Virus record (IMG/VR): IMGVR_UViG_3300032299_001001
Coordinates: 46,434-66,433 of that record
Strand: one strand, 5' to 3'
From: an uncultured virus (IMG/VR IMGVR_UViG_3300032299_001001)
Taxonomy: Duplodnaviria > Heunggongvirae > Uroviricota > Caudoviricetes
DNA length: 20,000 nt
Shown here piece after piece: positions 1-7,166 of the stretch. Every line of letters begins with the position of its first letter. Position 1 is the first letter of the stretch. A program made the position numbers and the translations under genes. The notes under the pieces were generated by a model. It searched no databases and had not been told where the DNA came from. It saw only the letters and a program-made list of their open reading frames with translations.

Positions 1-1
1 C

Positions 2-1717
2 GGTCCAGACACCATCGAACACCGCAGCGGCTTTTCCACGTCCGGTGGAAACAGACTGGAAGTCGAGGACGGCGATACCGTCGTAAAGTGTCGGAATAGG
101 CTCGGCAGCAAACTCATCAGCCTGAGTTTGGTTGGCCGCACGGCGCGGGTATTGCTTGGGGAGACACGTCATTAAAAGACGGTTGTCGAAGTTGGCGAAG
201 GTTACTCCGTCGAGCATCCACTGGGTATCCTGCTTGAGCACGGGATCAATCTCCGCACTCACTGGGGTCAGACCATAGTTGTCAGCCTCGGCCCTGGCGT
301 TCCGGTAGGTGCGGATGCCGTTGCCTTCTCTGCTGCGGAAGAACAAGTCACCGTTGACCGGAATGACGCTGTCGCTGGTCGATCCAATATTGTCGAAAAG
401 CACGCGCTGGAATCCTTGGGTATTCTTCCATTGATCGCGGGGGGCAGAGACTTGGAAGGTCACCGCACCGCGCTCGCAGAAGGCGATCAAGTCGCCTTGT
501 CCGGTCGACGTGTCCTGCACCGGAAGAAAGACAAGCCCTGTAATCCGGCCGAGTTTGCCGGTCGGGGCGAAGCTGCCACCTTCGTTGAGGAATGTATTCT
601 CGGTAAATCGAAGAAGGTCGCTGTCTTGCCCCGCATTGAATCGGCTGACAAAGCCCCCGCTGCCCGCGCTGGTCACTGCAACAGGAATTGTAAACGTAGT
701 CGTGCTCGGTGCCGTCGCTACGGTGTAAGTCGAATTGATCGGCGGCGTGCTGCTGTGACCTTGAATCGTGATCTGGTCACCCGCGACAAAGCCGTGGGCG
801 CTGGCGGTCGTGATGACGCTCGGATTGGCCGCGCTCGAACTGGTGATCGCCACGTTGGTCGTGGAGCCGCCAAACACCAAGTCGCCAGCAATAATTTCGG
901 CTCCTTCGTTCACTGCGACAAAGAGCCGCCCTTGCCCGTAAGACATCTGTTTCCCGATCGGGATAACTTGCAATCCGTAGTAACTGGCCCGGCGGAGCAC
1001 GTAGCCGTCATAGACCCGAGGCTCGTCTTTCCCCGTCTGAATGACGACGAACTTTTCCGCTTGGGTCATGTAGACCGGAACGTCAGCGGAGATCTCATCC
1101 GTCGAGTTGAGCAAGTAGCATGAGGCGTTTTCAAAGTTCAGCGCGTAGATCTTGCCGTCGGCCACAACGATCATCTGGGCGGGGTTTCCCTCGCGGGGGT
1201 CTTGGTAGACGATTGCGCCTTGGATCAGGGTCGCCCCAATAATGTCGGAGACGCGATTCCGGCTGGTGTCTCCATCGATCAAGTCGTCCTGATAAGTAGA
1301 GTCGACATCCCGGCGTGCTGTGATCGTGCCGGTGACTGATCCAGTCTCGGACGTTGGGAAAGTGTAGGAATTCGCATCGACGATCGTGATCCGATGGGTG
1401 CCGTTGATCCCTGCCGGAGTAGCCCCTGCGATCGTCACTTGGTCTTTGTTGTCGTAACCGTGGGCCATGGCCGAGACTGTCGCTTTACCACCAGCAATCG
1501 TAATCGTCACCGTCTGCACAGGACGCGGATTGCGCCAGTAGGTCGGCGGGATCTCACGAAACCCAGGACGGGTCTTCGGTCCGTTGCCGCCGCGGAAGGT
1601 GACGTTAGTGGCATACCAAGCGGCTTCGCTTGGTGTTTGCGGCGGCTCCTTGGAGCCGTCCATCCCCGCAGGAAGGCCGCGGAAGCCGTCGATCAATCTT
1701 TCGGTGTCGGCGATCAT
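2..1717 (-). CDS. Tail tubular protein B / P22 gp10-like nozzle (DNA stabilisation) protein, 3' end beyond window
   Basis: Hand-translated open frame from ATG 1717 (MIADTERLIDGFRGLPAGMDGSKEPPQTPSEAAWYATNVTFRGG..KTRPGF) to the window edge (..VLDFQSVSTGRGKAAAVFDGVWT), at least 572 aa with no stop. Beta-rich, with a GM-D...N..RGG..RPGF N-terminus typical of podovirus nozzle proteins. Not in the ORF track because it lacks a stop in the window. Confidence 0.7.
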   Translation of the reverse strand, partial: MIADTERLIDGFRGLPAGMDGSKEPPQTPSEAAWYATNVTFRGGNGPKTRPGFREIPPTYWRNPRPVQTVTITIAGGKATVSAMAHGYDNKDQVTIAGATPAGINGTHRITIVDANSYTFPTSETGSVTGTITARRDVDSTYQDDLIDGDTSRNRVSDIIGATLIQGAIVYQDPREGNPAQMIVVADGKIYALNFENASCYLLNSTDEISADVPVYMTQAEKFVVIQTGKDEPRVYDGYVLRRASYYGLQVIPIGKQMSYGQGRLFVAVNEGAEIIAGDLVFGGSTTNVAITSSSAANPSVITTASAHGFVAGDQITIQGHSSTPPINSTYTVATAPSTTTFTIPVAVTSAGSGGFVSRFNAGQDSDLLRFTENTFLNEGGSFAPTGKLGRITGLVFLPVQDTSTGQGDLIAFCERGAVTFQVSAPRDQWKNTQGFQRVLFDNIGSTSDSVIPVNGDLFFRSREGNGIRTYRNARAEADNYGLTPVSAEIDPVLKQDTQWMLDGVTFANFDNRLLMTCLPKQYPRRAANQTQADEFAAEPIPTLYDGIAVLDFQSVSTGRGKAAAVFDGVWT

Positions 1718-1718
1718 C

Positions 1719-2180
1719 TTAGTGGAGGTCGACCCAAGCAGTATCCGTGCGGACTTGAAGTTTGTTTGTCGTGCTGTTGTAGACCATGAGCCCGGCTGGG
1801 GGGCTGGTGATGGCGTCTCGCTGGGTGGTTGTCATGCGCGGAGGGAGAAAACCTTGGGTTGTGCTGGTGATATCCAGCATCGCCTTTGAGTTAGGGGTTG
1901 ATGTTCCGATGCCGACGTTACCAGCACCGATCGGCTCGATGGTCACGCCTGCCTGCCCGCCCACTACACACCGGCCAATCTCAGAATAAATCCCCGGAAA
2001 TCCCCAAGCGGCACCTACGCGCAACTGCCCAGCTTGTTCGGCATCTCGGAAATAATTACGACCACCAAGCCCCTCTATTTGAACATTATCCAGATAAAGC
2101 CTCCTGCCACTAAAATCACCACCATCATTCCGAAGGACAACGGTCCCCGGAATATTGCTGGAGGTTGCGGGTATATCCAC
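1719..2180 (-). CDS. Short fibre/spike-like virion protein
   Basis: GTG start with GGAGG 7 nt upstream. Contains GNVGIGTSTP..LDITSTTQGFLPPRMTTTQRDAI.SP..GLMVYN, a common trimeric fibre shaft motif. Confidence 0.7.
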   Translation of the reverse strand: MDIPATSSNIPGTVVLRNDGGDFSGRRLYLDNVQIEGLGGRNYFRDAEQAGQLRVGAAWGFPGIYSEIGRCVVGGQAGVTIEPIGAGNVGIGTSTPNSKAMLDITSTTQGFLPPRMTTTQRDAITSPPAGLMVYNSTTNKLQVRTDTAWVDLH

Positions 2181-2195
2181 CGCTTGAACCTCCGG

Positions 2196-2423
2196 TTACT
2201 CGGTCATTCCGGCGCGGATGGCTTCATCGAAGCCCATCTCTTCACCAGCGGCTTCGGCTTCAGCCTCGGGAGCTTCCTCGGCAGCACCTTCAACGGGAAG
2301 ACCGTCAACGGCGACCAAGGTGAGTCCGTCAGCTTCGAGGCGCAGGGTAGCCAGCGCGTCAAAAGTGGAGCCTTCGGTCACGCCATCGGGCGGAACCATA
2401 CCTTCGGGAATAGGGAATTTCAT
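2196..2423 (-). CDS. Small acidic hypothetical protein (75 aa) downstream of the major capsid gene
   Basis: ORF fills the gap in operon orientation. A-rich upstream region, E/A-rich linker, C-terminal FDEAIRAGM. Confidence 0.75.
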   Translation of the reverse strand: MKFPIPEGMVPPDGVTEGSTFDALATLRLEADGLTLVAVDGLPVEGAAEEAPEAEAEAAGEEMGFDEAIRAGMTE

Positions 2424-2460
2424 AATGATTGGTTTTCTTGATCGACGTTACTTTAATGCA

Positions 2461-2509
2461 GCGCCTCTGGCACCCCGGGAGCCGAAGCTCCCAGAGTGAT
2501 GTGAGGTGC
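2461..2509 (-). other. Stable RNA hairpin with C(UUCG)G tetraloop after the capsid stop, lacking a U-tract
   Basis: Minus-strand CACUCUGGGAGC-UUCG-GCUCCCGGGGUG (2471-2498, 12 bp including 2 G-U), extendable by CCUC/GAGG. Confidence 0.7.
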
Positions 2510-2515
2510 TACCTC

Positions 2516-3691
2516 TTAGTAGCAAGCGACCAAGTCGAGGGCACGCTGGCAGCGGCGGTGGCGAACCACGAAGCCGAGGTCAGGGCGCTCCACTTTCGGG
2601 CCGTAGGCGAACAGCGCACGGAAGAACCCTGAGTTTCCATCGACGTTGCAGTCGCGGTCAGGGATGTTCCGCCAGACGAATTCACCGGTCCAGCTATACT
2701 GGGGGTTATACTTCATCGGGCTGGCTGCTTTCGGCTTGGGCACAAGAACCTTCAACACGTCAGCGTGATAAATCACGGTGTCAGTGAATTGGGCGTTCTT
2801 ATACGCATCCGAAACTTCCCACTTGTGACCCTTCGTCGTCGGCTGTGACGCGAACGGCTGACGGCGAACCCATGCACCGCCGACGAAGTCGTAACGGGGC
2901 GGGAATTCAACCGTGAAGAAGCGGTAGCCGCGATACACACCGGAGAGACCGGGCGCTCCGAGCATCGGGGACTGGGTCTCCGATCCTTCGAAAGCGTAAC
3001 GGAAGTCGTCACGGGTGTTAGCGTCTTGGCGCTTGAGGTCATGGAACGTGAAACGCTCGCCGACTGCCGCATAAATCGGGGTCATCTCGTCAACACGAGC
3101 GAACGGATTCATGCTGCCGCCATTGTAACCAAGCTGCTGGTAGATCTCTTCGAGGATCCCCCAGGTCAGTTTAGAAGTGGCGGGTGTGACAGGGAAGGTA
3201 TCCGTGCCGGACGGGAGGTTCGCGGCTGCAACCATTTTGGTGCCGCAAGCCGTGATATACTCGTCCTGATAAGCATTGGTCCAAACCCATTTCGTGTTCT
3301 CGGAAAGAACGCGAACGATGTTTTTGACCTGATCTTCGACCTGCCAAGCGAACTGAAGATCGTCCAGACAGATGTCGGGCGAGTTCAGCGCGGCCTTTTT
3401 GAGGCTGGTCTGGCGCAGGGTGATGCCGAAGTTGTCGATGTTCTGACCGGCGACTTGGCACTGACCACCCGCTTCGCCGTCCGAAGACTCCCATGCATTG
3501 AAAGTGACGGGGCTGGACGAGAGCGTGCGCTCGTAGATGGGATAACTATATTCCGTTCCTTGCCCGTCCATCCACTGCTCACGCGGCAGATACTTCAGGT
3601 AGAAATCGGAGTTGATGATGTTCTTCGAGACATTGTTCCGGATAAGGCCGGCATGTTCCACGAAGAGAGCTTCAATATTATTGCAAGGCAT
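2516..3691 (-). CDS. Major capsid protein (putative)
   Basis: 391 aa directly after the scaffold-like gene. Has its own promoter, an AGGAG SD (3705-3709) and a downstream hairpin. Size and position fit an HK97-fold podovirus capsid. Confidence 0.8.
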   Translation of the reverse strand: MPCNNIEALFVEHAGLIRNNVSKNIINSDFYLKYLPREQWMDGQGTEYSYPIYERTLSSSPVTFNAWESSDGEAGGQCQVAGQNIDNFGITLRQTSLKKAALNSPDICLDDLQFAWQVEDQVKNIVRVLSENTKWVWTNAYQDEYITACGTKMVAAANLPSGTDTFPVTPATSKLTWGILEEIYQQLGYNGGSMNPFARVDEMTPIYAAVGERFTFHDLKRQDANTRDDFRYAFEGSETQSPMLGAPGLSGVYRGYRFFTVEFPPRYDFVGGAWVRRQPFASQPTTKGHKWEVSDAYKNAQFTDTVIYHADVLKVLVPKPKAASPMKYNPQYSWTGEFVWRNIPDRDCNVDGNSGFFRALFAYGPKVERPDLGFVVRHRRCQRALDLVACY

Positions 3692-3878
3692 AATGCTTGT
3701 TTTTCTCCTAATTTGTGGGGTTATTACTTTGCCTTGATCGGGAGACGCACATGCGGTCCGAGGCTAGTAACAACACCACGATTTTGCTTTTCTCTTCCCG
3801 TCGCGGATCGGGCTTCCTCGCGAACCTAACTTTTCTGATTTCTACCGGATGATTGCCGCTACCCGTAAACGTGAGACT

Positions 3879-3906
3879 AAGTTACGCTCAGTTAAGGGGT
3901 TGTCAA
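3879..3906 (-). promoter_or_regulatory. Sigma70-like promoter for the capsid gene
   Basis: Minus-strand TTGACA (3906-3901), 16-nt spacer, TAACTT (3884-3879), just downstream of the scaffold terminator. Confidence 0.6.
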
Positions 3907-3922
3907 ATTACGGGATTATTAT

Positions 3923-3958
3923 AAAAGCAAAGGGAGGGGGCAAAATGTCCCCCTCCCT
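3923..3958 (-). terminator. Rho-independent terminator after the scaffold gene
   Basis: 10-bp perfect stem AGGGAGGGGG/CCCCCTCCCT (3931-3940 with 3949-3958) followed by TTGCTTTT on the minus strand. Confidence 0.8.
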
Positions 3959-3990
3959 CGCGTCCGGTCACCGAAGTTTCCGGAGGGATT

Positions 3991-5253
3991 TTAAGATAAC
4001 CCTGACTTGATCGCCGAGAAGAAGTCCTCGTGCTCGACCTTTTCCTCTTGGCCGCTGCCCACGATTGGGTCGGCTGCTCCCCCACCCGCACCAGGCTTCG
4101 CGCTCTGGTATTTCGAGAGGGTCTTGTTTAGCTCGGCCGTCTTGGCGAACAACTGCTGCACCAGACCATAGAGGAACGGTGAGGCTGCGGCCCGGAGAGC
4201 GACTTCGGCCCGTGCTTGGTCGTTGTCGGCCACCGTGCTCCAATCCAGTCCCGTGGCGAATTGCTCGATCTCCCCGATCTTCTGGTTCCACGCATCGTCG
4301 CCTTCACGGCGGCGGAAGAGCGGAGCTTTCTCGGAAACATCGCCCCAGATCTTCTCAAGGGCTCCCCGATACTGCTTGTTGCGCTGCTCGATGAACGCAT
4401 TCTGCTGCTCGGTGTGATGTTCTTGGATCTTCTCCAGGGCGAGCTTCGCATTATGGCGCACCTTGTTGGCGATGCCTTCGACCTTCTGCCATTCTTCCGC
4501 CATCGCGTAGAAGCGCATCCGGTCGCGGTCATTCATGCCGCTGGCCATATCGACGAGTAGCTCGGTCTGCTTCTCCGGATCAGCTTCGGCAAACGCCACA
4601 CGGGCGTCGGCCTCACGAAACTCATACTTCTTGGCGAAGGATTCGAGTTGCCCGTTGATCCGTTCACGCGGCACCGCGACCGCATCTTTGAATTCCTTGG
4701 TCGCCTCGACCCGCGCAATTTGAAGCTCGCGCTCGTAGGCATCGACCGTTTCACGGAGAGCTTTGACCTCGTCGGGTGCGACATCGGTCGACTTCTTCTC
4801 CAGTTCGGCCACCTTGGCTTCGAGTTCCTCGCGGCGACGGCGCTCTTCTTTGAGTGCCTTACGCTGCTCGGCCCACTTCTTCGTGGCACCTTCGGTCATC
4901 GCCCCTTCGGGAGGTGCGTCGTCCGGCTCCGGCTTGGCCTCGGCTTTCTTCGGTCCGCCCAGGAGTTCAGCCAAAGCATCGGCATCGGCCGTGGCCGGGG
5001 CTTCTGCTTTGGTCGGTTCCGCAACGGGTTCCGTCTTAGGTGCTTCGGTTTTGGTCTCGGGAGCCTTGGGGGCTTCCGCCTTGGGTGCCTCGGGCGTGGG
5101 AGCGCCGATCGAGTTGAAGGCTTCCGACAGCGAACGAGCCGCGTCGAAAGTCATAGTGCCACCGGCTTCGGAAAGTTCCGGAGTGACAGTGGGTTGTGTT
5201 TGGTTGTCCGACGCCGGGGCGGACGGGTTACTCGGCGTATTGGTTTCTGCCAT
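3991..5253 (-). CDS. Capsid scaffolding protein (putative)
   Basis: 420 aa with a P/A/E/K-rich disordered N-terminus, long E/K/R coiled coils and a short C-terminal helix. Lies immediately upstream of the capsid gene. Confidence 0.75.
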   Translation of the reverse strand: MAETNTPSNPSAPASDNQTQPTVTPELSEAGGTMTFDAARSLSEAFNSIGAPTPEAPKAEAPKAPETKTEAPKTEPVAEPTKAEAPATADADALAELLGGPKKAEAKPEPDDAPPEGAMTEGATKKWAEQRKALKEERRRREELEAKVAELEKKSTDVAPDEVKALRETVDAYERELQIARVEATKEFKDAVAVPRERINGQLESFAKKYEFREADARVAFAEADPEKQTELLVDMASGMNDRDRMRFYAMAEEWQKVEGIANKVRHNAKLALEKIQEHHTEQQNAFIEQRNKQYRGALEKIWGDVSEKAPLFRRREGDDAWNQKIGEIEQFATGLDWSTVADNDQARAEVALRAAASPFLYGLVQQLFAKTAELNKTLSKYQSAKPGAGGGAADPIVGSGQEEKVEHEDFFSAIKSGLS

Positions 5254-5256
5254 AAA

Positions 5257-5544
5257 TTATTCGTCGACCAAGTTCGGCATCAGATCCTTGGTGGACGGGA
5301 CGACCTTGATCGGGGTCGCCAAGGCTTCGAGGGAACGCAGCGCGTGGAAGAACCCTTCGCGGCGGGCGTTTTGCAGGGCGTTGAAAATTAGAAAGTCGAC
5401 ATCGCTCGGCACCGGCATCTCGGTCGGCTCTCCCAGATCGCGGAGCACATCCAAGGCGGCTTGCATCGAGGGGTGGCGCAGCACTTCGGCGAGTCCGCCT
5501 TGTAGGAGTTCGTTGCGGCGAAATGAGTTTAGATTGTGTTTCAT
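5257..5544 (-). CDS. Small head-module protein (possibly Bbp19-like)
   Basis: 95 aa helical protein with NARREGFFHALRSL. Sits just before the scaffold, where podoviruses often carry such a gene. Confidence 0.6.
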   Translation of the reverse strand: MKHNLNSFRRNELLQGGLAEVLRHPSMQAALDVLRDLGEPTEMPVPSDVDFLIFNALQNARREGFFHALRSLEALATPIKVVPSTKDLMPNLVDE

Positions 5545-5562
5545 AAAGTGGTTGCGGCGTTA

Positions 5563-6078
5563 TTACGCCTTGCTCGGATGAATCCGCAGGAAGGCACGAG
5601 CCAACGAGACGTTGCGCTTCTTGAGCCAAACCCCGTCGCCCGTCTCGGAGTCACGGTCACCGCGGCCATTGGTATTGCCTTCGACTACATCGATCGTCCG
5701 AGCCCCCACCCCGACCACGATCCCTGTATGGGAGAAGTCAAAGACGACGATGTCCCCCACCACAGCCTTGGCCGATTCGGGTAGCACGGTCACGGTGTTC
5801 GGACGCTTCTTGGCCCACTCGATCAGACCGAAAGCCAGTGCCGTGGTCGGTCGCCATTTCGCAGGCGAGCTATGCTTCAAGCCGAGCCACTCCTTCGCTT
5901 CAGGATACCCGAGCCACTGCTGCACGCACCAATCGACAAACGCCGCGCACCAAGGCCAGGGTCCGGGCGGCAAGCTCGATGCGGCTTGGTAGACGCGGAT
6001 CTTGGCCCCGCGGTTATTGCCACCCGATTCACGCACTCCCACTTGGGACATCGCGACATCCGCCAGCTTTTGAATCAT
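5563..6078 (-). CDS. CHAP-domain endolysin
   Basis: A.SQVGVRE..GNNRG, PWCAAFVDW (catalytic Cys), GDIVVFDFSHTGIV (catalytic His), VEGNTN. Confidence 0.9.
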   Translation of the reverse strand: MIQKLADVAMSQVGVRESGGNNRGAKIRVYQAASSLPPGPWPWCAAFVDWCVQQWLGYPEAKEWLGLKHSSPAKWRPTTALAFGLIEWAKKRPNTVTVLPESAKAVVGDIVVFDFSHTGIVVGVGARTIDVVEGNTNGRGDRDSETGDGVWLKKRNVSLARAFLRIHPSKA

Positions 6079-6079
6079 A

Positions 6080-6223
6080 CTACTCAGGCTTAACCACTTT
6101 TTTCCCGTCGCCCGGCTCGACCGAGACCGTCACCCTTTTATTGAGGAAGTCGTAGCCGAACCCGATTTTCGGGGTCACGCAGCCGGTGAGGAGCAAAGCC
6201 ACCGCAGCGACCGCGTATTTCAT
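6080..6223 (-). CDS. Small lipoprotein (47 aa), candidate spanin/outer-membrane lysis factor
   Basis: Likely start is ATG 6223, overlapping the holin TGA (ATGA). MKYAVAAVALLLTG|C is a signal peptide with a lipobox. The longer ORF-track call from 6355 overlaps the holin. Confidence 0.7.
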   Translation of the reverse strand: MKYAVAAVALLLTGCVTPKIGFGYDFLNKRVTVSVEPGDGKKVVKPE

Positions 6224-6396
6224 TTGCGGGAGAACTTCGCGACGATGTCGGCGACCGCCTTGAGCGTCTTCTCCGGCTGCTCGCCGGGGATGAGCGCGAA
6301 GATCGCGATCAAGGCGAGGATGAGGCCGTAGGCCGCTCCGAGGATTTCCAGCCAATTAAGCTGGCTGACGATTTGGATGATGTTGGTGATGTCCAT
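6220..6396 (-). CDS. Holin-like membrane protein (58 aa)
   Basis: Hand-translated MDITNIIQIVSQLNWLEILGAAYGLILALIAIFALIPGEQPEKTLKAVADIVAKFSRK. One TM segment and a basic C-terminus, next to the endolysin. Absent from the ORF track. Confidence 0.75.
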   Translation of the reverse strand: MDITNIIQIVSQLNWLEILGAAYGLILALIAIFALIPGEQPEKTLKAVADIVAKFSRK

Positions 6397-6416
6397 ATTA
6401 TGTTGTGTGGTTATTA

Positions 6417-6704
6417 CTATCGTTGCAAAATTGCCGCCCGCAACCCGTCCATGATGAAAGCCGAGAGCGCCCCGATCGCGGCGGCGATCCCGTAGATCGT
6501 CGACTTGGTATTCTCCAAGTGCTTGAGCCGGTCGTCATGTTTTTCGAACGATCTCCGGAAGGACTCCTGGTGCTCCAAGATCAGGTCGACCTTGGTCTCA
6601 AGCCGCGCCAGTCTTTCACCATCGAAGCTCATCGACAGAGATTCTTCCTTCCGTCGGCGAGAACCGTCGGGGGCCAACATGTTGAGCGGGTCGGAGACAT
6701 TCAT
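6417..6704 (-). CDS. Coiled-coil plus C-terminal TM protein (XhlA/holin-like)
   Basis: ERLARLETKVD...DRLKHLEN coiled coil followed by hydrophobic IYGIAAAIGALSAFIM. First gene of the lysis cluster; start uncertain. Confidence 0.65.
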   Translation of the reverse strand: MNVSDPLNMLAPDGSRRRKEESLSMSFDGERLARLETKVDLILEHQESFRRSFEKHDDRLKHLENTKSTIYGIAAAIGALSAFIMDGLRAAILQR

Positions 6705-6749
6705 TGTTAATATGCTTCTGGATCAGGACTCCTGCAACTGAGGCTCACA

Positions 6750-7166
6750 TTAGCTATTCAGTGCGTTCATGGCCGACTGGACAGCGGCTTCAAAAGTGAC
6801 GCTGGGATTCGGCCAGTCGTTACGCGGCGTCGGATTGGCGGCGAACATGGCGAGGATCTGCTGCAAGTAGGCTTCGACGGCGTTTAGCTCGGCGCATGTT
6901 TTGCCTGCGGCGATGAGTGATTGGCGCAAATACAAAAGTGTGGGCTGGCGGTCGCCTGCGAGGCCGACACTACGGAGGTGTTCTTCGGCGGTAATCATCT
7001 CGGCTTCCAGCTTTATTTGGTTGACCTCTTCTGGCGTGGGTTGTTGTCCCAATGTAGAGTGCCATCTGACAATTTTGTCATTCACTACTTGCCATAGTTG
7101 CAGCGGACCAACTATGCCGTTTCGCTGCCGAACTATAACACACACCTTTTTGTAAAAATCGCTCAT
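6750..7166 (-). CDS. Fibre-associated/assembly chaperone-like protein
   Basis: Likely start ATG 7166 overlapping the fibre TGA (ATGA). N-terminal I.RW....QPT.EE resembles XkdW-like fibre partner proteins. Confidence 0.6.
   Translation of the reverse strand: MSDFYKKVCVIVRQRNGIVGPLQLWQVVNDKIVRWHSTLGQQPTPEEVNQIKLEAEMITAEEHLRSVGLAGDRQPTLLYLRQSLIAAGKTCAELNAVEAYLQQILAMFAANPTPRNDWPNPSVTFEAAVQSAMNALNS

Noticed and set aside
416..1889. Several plus-strand ORFs at the window start
   Set aside because: Shadows of the uncalled minus-strand nozzle-like gene (2-1717) and the short fibre gene.
3862..3914. CCCGTAA/TTACGGG inverted pair around the capsid promoter, also at 18211-18217, as an operator
   Set aside because: Only a 7-mer, and it also occurs inside coding sequence (935-941); not distinguishable from chance.
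5000..5105. Short tandem repeats (possible CRISPR or VNTR)
   Set aside because: Degenerate codons for PKAEA/PKTE repeats in the scaffold linker; no repeat-spacer pattern.
4648..5581. Long plus-strand ORFs (247 and 272 aa)
   Set aside because: Antisense to the low-complexity scaffold gene.
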